Shown here piece by piece: positions 60,163 through 64,000 of a stretch of 64,000 nucleotides of DNA. This DNA comes from Candidatus Hadarchaeales archaeon (GTDB lineage Archaea > Hadarchaeota > Hadarchaeia > Hadarchaeales > WYZ-LMO6). Position 1 is the stretch's first letter. Every line of letters begins with the position of its first letter. Location: contig JAWCKR010000001.1 of NCBI GenBank assembly GCA_038851755.1, forward strand, positions 71,139 through 135,138, in the 5' to 3' direction. The translations under genes and the position numbers were made by a program. The notes under the pieces were generated by a model that saw only the letters and a list, made by a program, of their open reading frames with translations, was not told where the DNA came from and ran no database searches.

Positions 60163-60562
60163 TCACTTAAAATTTAAGAAATTAAAAACTTTTGGAAGAA
60201 AATTCTCTCAACTTTTAGCTTCATCACCTACATGAGAATCTTTCCACAATCTTTCTCCCATCAGAGAACTCCTAATCATCATGTCATAAAATTTATCGCT
60301 TTTCGTCGTTAATCGAAGTGTAAAACTCATATAGATATTTATTTAAACCTCTTCTGTATACCAAAATCCGTAAGAAATTAAATCGATTTTAAGCGTGTTT
60401 GTTACATCCTCGATTCTCTTCACACAATCACTTTCCAGATCTTTCGAAAAAAACTTTACTTATTTGCAGACATGACATGAAACATAAGCGAAGAGTACAG
60501 ATTACCTTTTTCACGCATGCTTTCTGCAATCTCCAAGAGTTTGGTTGTAACGGTTTCGCGTA

Positions 60563-60682
60563 ATGTTTTATGTTCATTCCAAGGTTACAAGAACTGTTGA
60601 AGAGGCGAAGCAGCTTATAGAAGCGGGATTCGAGTACGTTGATACTATTGACGGTTTTCACCTCTATAGAAAGCGTAAGTAG
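60563..60682 (+). pseudogene. C-terminal remnant of an archaeal tyrosine recombinase/integrase
   Basis: HSKVTRTVEEAKQLIEAGFEYVDTIDGFHLYRKRK* resembles, from recall, the tail of Bathyarchaeia-type integrases. Confidence 0.6.
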
Positions 60683-60695
60683 CGGCTGTCTGTGG

Positions 60696-61135
60696 GTGGC
60701 GCCAAAAAGCCGGGGGTGGGAGTTAATCTCCTACCAAGAGATGTGCAGGAGGGCCTGAGGCTGAGAAGGGGGATGTACTACCGTTCCGGGAAATACAGCC
60801 TGGTGCTGGTTTCTCCCATGGCACCCTACGACGATACTTGGCGGGAGAAGGGGAAGATTCTCCTCTACCAAGGGCATGACGCCCCCAAGAAGGGCAAGGA
60901 CCCAAAAACCCTAAATCAACCCTACAGAACGAAAACTGGAAAACTCACCCAAAATGGTCTTTTCTTCGAAGCGGTGAAGGCCTTCAAGCTCGGGAAGAGG
61001 AAGGCGGAAGTGGTGAAGGTATACGAGAAGGTGGCAACTGGGATTTGGAGGGAAAGGGGCCTTTTCAGGCTGGTGGATGGATGGAGGGAAAGGAAGGGGG
61101 GTCGTGTGATCTTTAGGTTCAAGCTGGAGAGGATC
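60696..61135 (+). pseudogene. SRA/YDG-like N-terminal domain of an SRA-HNH endonuclease, frameshifted and lacking HNH
   Basis: LISYQEMCR / EGLRLRRGM...APYDD...YQGHD...DPK..NQP...GKLTQNGLF...VKVYEK...GIW...GLFRLVD...IFRFKLE; runs into the antisense of the next gene. Confidence 0.6.
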
Positions 61136-62029
61136 TCAGGCCATGGCCTTCCCCGCCCCCAGCCCCACCACCCCCAGCATCACCAGCAGGATGCCCAGCG
61201 CGGCCAGGGACTTGGCCCTCCTCCCCCTCTCCCCGAACTCCCTGTAGTACAGGGCACCCCAGAGGACCGCCACCACCGTGCTGGCGGTGCCTATGGGGAA
61301 GGCCACGGCCACGCCCAGGGAGGGAGCGGAGGAGAAGTTCATCAGGTTGCCGCCCATCCACATGAGACCAGCCAGCAGGCCCAGGAGGTGTTCCCTCCTC
61401 CCCCCTCCCAGCCAGGGGCCCAGAACCCCGACCAGCAAAGTGCGGAGGAGGTAGACCAGGAAGGCCCCCACCGCGATGAGGGCGCAGTACTGGACGGGGG
61501 TGATCCCGGCTTCCAGGGAGGCCGCCACCCCCGCGCCCCCGAAGGTCCCGAAGCAGAGGGCCCCCAGGAGGGCCCATCCCACTCCCTTCCGTCCCTTCCT
61601 CCCTTCCAGGGACCTCCCGAGCACGAAGGCTCCCAGGAGCATGGCCAGGAGGCCTGCGGAGGCCACGGCCAGCGGGAGTCCAGCCTCCATCTCCCCGAAG
61701 AGGAGGATCCCCCAGAGGAAGGCCACGGCCGCGGAGAGGTTCAGGAAGGAATAGGAGTAGGCCAGGCCCAGCTCCCTCACCGCCGAGAGCCCGGCGTAGT
61801 TCCCCGCCGCCCACACCATCCCGGAGAGGAGGGGAAGGAGGACCTCTGGCCCCCAGCTCCCTCCCCCTTCCACCAGGAAGACCGCCCAGGAGAGGAGCAG
61901 GCCACCCAGGAGGAGGTCGTTGGAGAACTCCCAGGGGCCGAACCTCCTCAGGTGCTTCAGGGGGTTGCAGTAGGTCCCCCAGAGGAAGGCGGAGAGGAGG
62001 CTGAGGGAAAGGGCCGTGTGGTCGATCAA
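61136..62029 (-). CDS. DMT-superfamily (GRP/GlcU-like) transporter
   Basis: 10 TM helices with internal duplication: LSGMVWAAGN / LAGLMWMGGN, WGILLFGE / WGALYYRE. Confidence 0.8.
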   Translation of the reverse strand: MIDHTALSLSLLSAFLWGTYCNPLKHLRRFGPWEFSNDLLLGGLLLSWAVFLVEGGGSWGPEVLLPLLSGMVWAAGNYAGLSAVRELGLAYSYSFLNLSAAVAFLWGILLFGEMEAGLPLAVASAGLLAMLLGAFVLGRSLEGRKGRKGVGWALLGALCFGTFGGAGVAASLEAGITPVQYCALIAVGAFLVYLLRTLLVGVLGPWLGGGRREHLLGLLAGLMWMGGNLMNFSSAPSLGVAVAFPIGTASTVVAVLWGALYYREFGERGRRAKSLAALGILLVMLGVVGLGAGKAMA

Positions 62030-62166
62030 CCGCTCACCTCACCCCCTTACTTGAACACGCCTAAAAGAGCGCCTACCGCCTTGTCCTCTTCAGGATTCCT
62101 CCCCCGAACTCCAAGCCACCCGGCCCCTCCACCAGCATCCCATATCCCGCCATCCACGACCCCGTC

Positions 62167-62508
62167 TCAGCAGGTGAGGTGGAGGGCCGCGGCCACCCTC
62201 CTGCCCCGGGAGAGCCTGTTGAAGCTCTCCACCGCCTTGGCCGTCACCTCCGCCACGAGCTCTATCCCCCTCTCCCTCACCGCCCTCACCGTCTCGGGCG
62301 GTACCTCCATCTCCCCCGAGTATCCCCTTCCCACCACCAGCACCTCCGGCCTCTCCTCCAGCACTTCCCTCAGGTCCTCGGGGCTGAGCCTGTGCCCCTC
62401 CCTCCTCCACCACTTCCTGACCCCGCCGGGAAGGATGAGGACGTCGGAGGTGTAGACCTTCCCGTCTATCACGATCCTCCCGAACTCGTACGAGTCCACC
62501 CTGGACAT
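62167..62508 (-). CDS. Mth938-like (DUF498) domain protein
   Basis: YEFGRIVIDG..YTSD, WWRREGH, LVVGRG..G, AAALHLTC. Confidence 0.9.
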   Translation of the reverse strand: MSRVDSYEFGRIVIDGKVYTSDVLILPGGVRKWWRREGHRLSPEDLREVLEERPEVLVVGRGYSGEMEVPPETVRAVRERGIELVAEVTAKAVESFNRLSRGRRVAAALHLTC

Positions 62509-62509
62509 C

Positions 62510-63196
62510 TCAGACCTTGTAGACCTTGCCGGGCTCGGGGAGCACCACCTTCACCCCGGGCAGTTCCTTCCCGGCCCTCCTCCCGAACTCCTCCGCCTCG
62601 TCCGGGGAGCAGTGGAAGGGGACCGCCAACCTGCACCCCAGGTCCTTCGCCATGCGGAGGGCGTCCTCCACGGAGGCGGTGGGGGAGGGCATGCCCGCGG
62701 GCACGAAGGCCACGTCCGCCCTGTGCTTCCCCACCTCCGGAGTGAAGGAGGAGTCGGAGCCGTGGAAGATCCTGAGGCCTCCCGACTCCACCAAGAACAT
62801 GAGCGGGTCCTCGGCGGGGTGCTCCGCCCCTATGCCCGTGACCCTGGCCCCCTCCACCTCCGCCGACCCGCCGGCCTTCAGCTGCACCAGCTTCCCCACC
62901 TTCCCCTTCAGCATGTGGTAGCTTCCGGCATTGCAGACCACCGTCCCACCGGAGGCGCGCTGGAGCTCCACCAGGTGGGAGGGCTCGAGGTGGTCGAAGT
63001 GCTCGTGGGTGATGAGGAAGAGGTGGGGCCTCCAGACCGAGAGGTCCTCCTTCCTCACCAGCTCGGCGGGGTCGAAGAGGAGGCGGTGGTCCGCGGTGCT
63101 GACGGCCAGGGCCGAGAACTCGAAGTGGACGAAACCCAGCTCGCCCCTGGAGAGCTTGAGCCTGGCGAGGCCTCCCAGCCCCTCCCCCACCCTCAT
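62510..63196 (-). CDS. Metallo-beta-lactamase-fold hydrolase
   Basis: LFDP, ITHEHFDHL, AEHP, FHGSD, VPFH. Confidence 0.88.
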   Translation of the reverse strand: MRVGEGLGGLARLKLSRGELGFVHFEFSALAVSTADHRLLFDPAELVRKEDLSVWRPHLFLITHEHFDHLEPSHLVELQRASGGTVVCNAGSYHMLKGKVGKLVQLKAGGSAEVEGARVTGIGAEHPAEDPLMFLVESGGLRIFHGSDSSFTPEVGKHRADVAFVPAGMPSPTASVEDALRMAKDLGCRLAVPFHCSPDEAEEFGRRAGKELPGVKVVLPEPGKVYKV

Positions 63197-63233
63197 TCAC
63201 CTGCCTTATACCTCGGAGGATAAATATCTGGAG

Positions 63234-64000
63234 ATGGCCGGTCCCGGGCAGAGGGAGCTGGAGGACGCCTGCCTGGAGCTGCTGAGGAGGGCCAGCACGG
63301 GCCTCCCCCCGGACGTGAAGGCCGGTCTCAGGAGGGCGCTCCGCTCCGAGAGGGACGCCGTGGGAAAGGTGAACCTCAGGGCCATCCTAGAGAACGTGGA
63401 GGTAGCGGAGGAGAGGAAGGTACCCCTCTGCCAGGACACGGGCATACCCTTCTTCTACTTCTGGATGGACCCCTCCGGCCTGGACCCCGCGAGGGCCGCG
63501 GCACGGGCCGTGAGAAGGGCCACGGAGGAGGGCCTGCTCCGCCCCAACACCGTCCACCCCCTCTCCAGGAGAAATCCCGGTGACAACCTGGGGAGCAGGA
63601 TGCCCCTGGTGAAGGTGTTTCCCCAGCGGGGGAAGGAGGTGGAGCTGGCGGTGATGCTGAAGGGCGCGGGGTCGGAGAACGTGAGCAGGCTGGGCATGCT
63701 CACCCCTGCGGAGGGGGAGGAGGGTCTGGTGGAGTTCGTGGTGAGGACCGTGAGGGAGGCGGGTGGGAGACCCTGTCCGCCCGTGATCGTGGGAGTGGGG
63801 GTGGGGGGAACGGCCGCCCTCTCGATGGAGCTGGCCCAGCTCTCCCTCCTCCGCCCCCTGCCCGAGAGGCACCGCGAGGCCCCCTTCAGGAGGCTGGAGG
63901 GTGAGCTGGAGAGGAGGATCAACCGGCTGGGCCTGGGGCCCATGGGGCTCGGAGGCAGGACCACCTGCCTGGGGGTGAAGGTGGAGTACGCCCACACCCA
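63234..64000 (+). CDS. Fe-S hydro-lyase alpha subunit (fumarate hydratase/tartrate dehydratase), 3' end outside window
   Basis: Manual translation: ILENVEVAEERKVPLCQDTG, LRPNTVHPLSR.NPGDN, KGAGSEN, PCPPVIVGVGVGG, GLGPMGLGGRTT. Confidence 0.9.
   Translation, partial: MAGPGQRELEDACLELLRRASTGLPPDVKAGLRRALRSERDAVGKVNLRAILENVEVAEERKVPLCQDTGIPFFYFWMDPSGLDPARAAARAVRRATEEGLLRPNTVHPLSRRNPGDNLGSRMPLVKVFPQRGKEVELAVMLKGAGSENVSRLGMLTPAEGEEGLVEFVVRTVREAGGRPCPPVIVGVGVGGTAALSMELAQLSLLRPLPERHREAPFRRLEGELERRINRLGLGPMGLGGRTTCLGVKVEYAHT

Larger units (their letters stand above)
57920..61135. mobile_element. AT-rich, decaying horizontally acquired island
   Basis: Abrupt compositional shift; contains an integrase C-terminal remnant, DUF2958 and SRA-like pseudogenes and DNA-acting genes; boundaries approximate. 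Confidence 0.7.

Overview
High-GC archaeal chromosome segment; the AGG/ATA codon bias and gene content suggest a thermophilic Hadarchaeota-like lineage (inference). About 1-50 kb is dense housekeeping DNA: purine/folate genes (purM, folD, purB, bifunctional purH, guaB), a CoA-transferase pair, a compact ether/tetraether lipid cluster (DGGGPS, tes, GGR, GGGPS, egsA), a coenzyme F420 cluster (cofC/G/H/D, a HAD phosphatase, two divergent cofE), rtcB, the rpl3-rpl24 ribosomal operon (broken after rpl24 by a lower-GC secreted-protein gene), a his operon, rtcA, nadM and thiC. After tRNA-Pro(GGG) at 50153 comes an accessory block, the best candidate for an undescribed system. It holds an 81-aa ubiquitin-like protein ending in ...VPRVTGG (hidden inside a longer ORF), a Cys-containing partner of unknown function, a triple CxxC-repeat protein, a Zn-finger protein, two divergent winged-HTH regulators and a membrane-anchor-less FtsH-type AAA+/M41 protease. 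An AT-rich decaying island (~57.9-61.1 kb) carries a YaaA-like gene, an interrupted HhH-GPD/Fe-S glycosylase, and remnants of DUF2958, an integrase and an SRA-like domain. All calls come from motif recognition by eye; no database searches were run.
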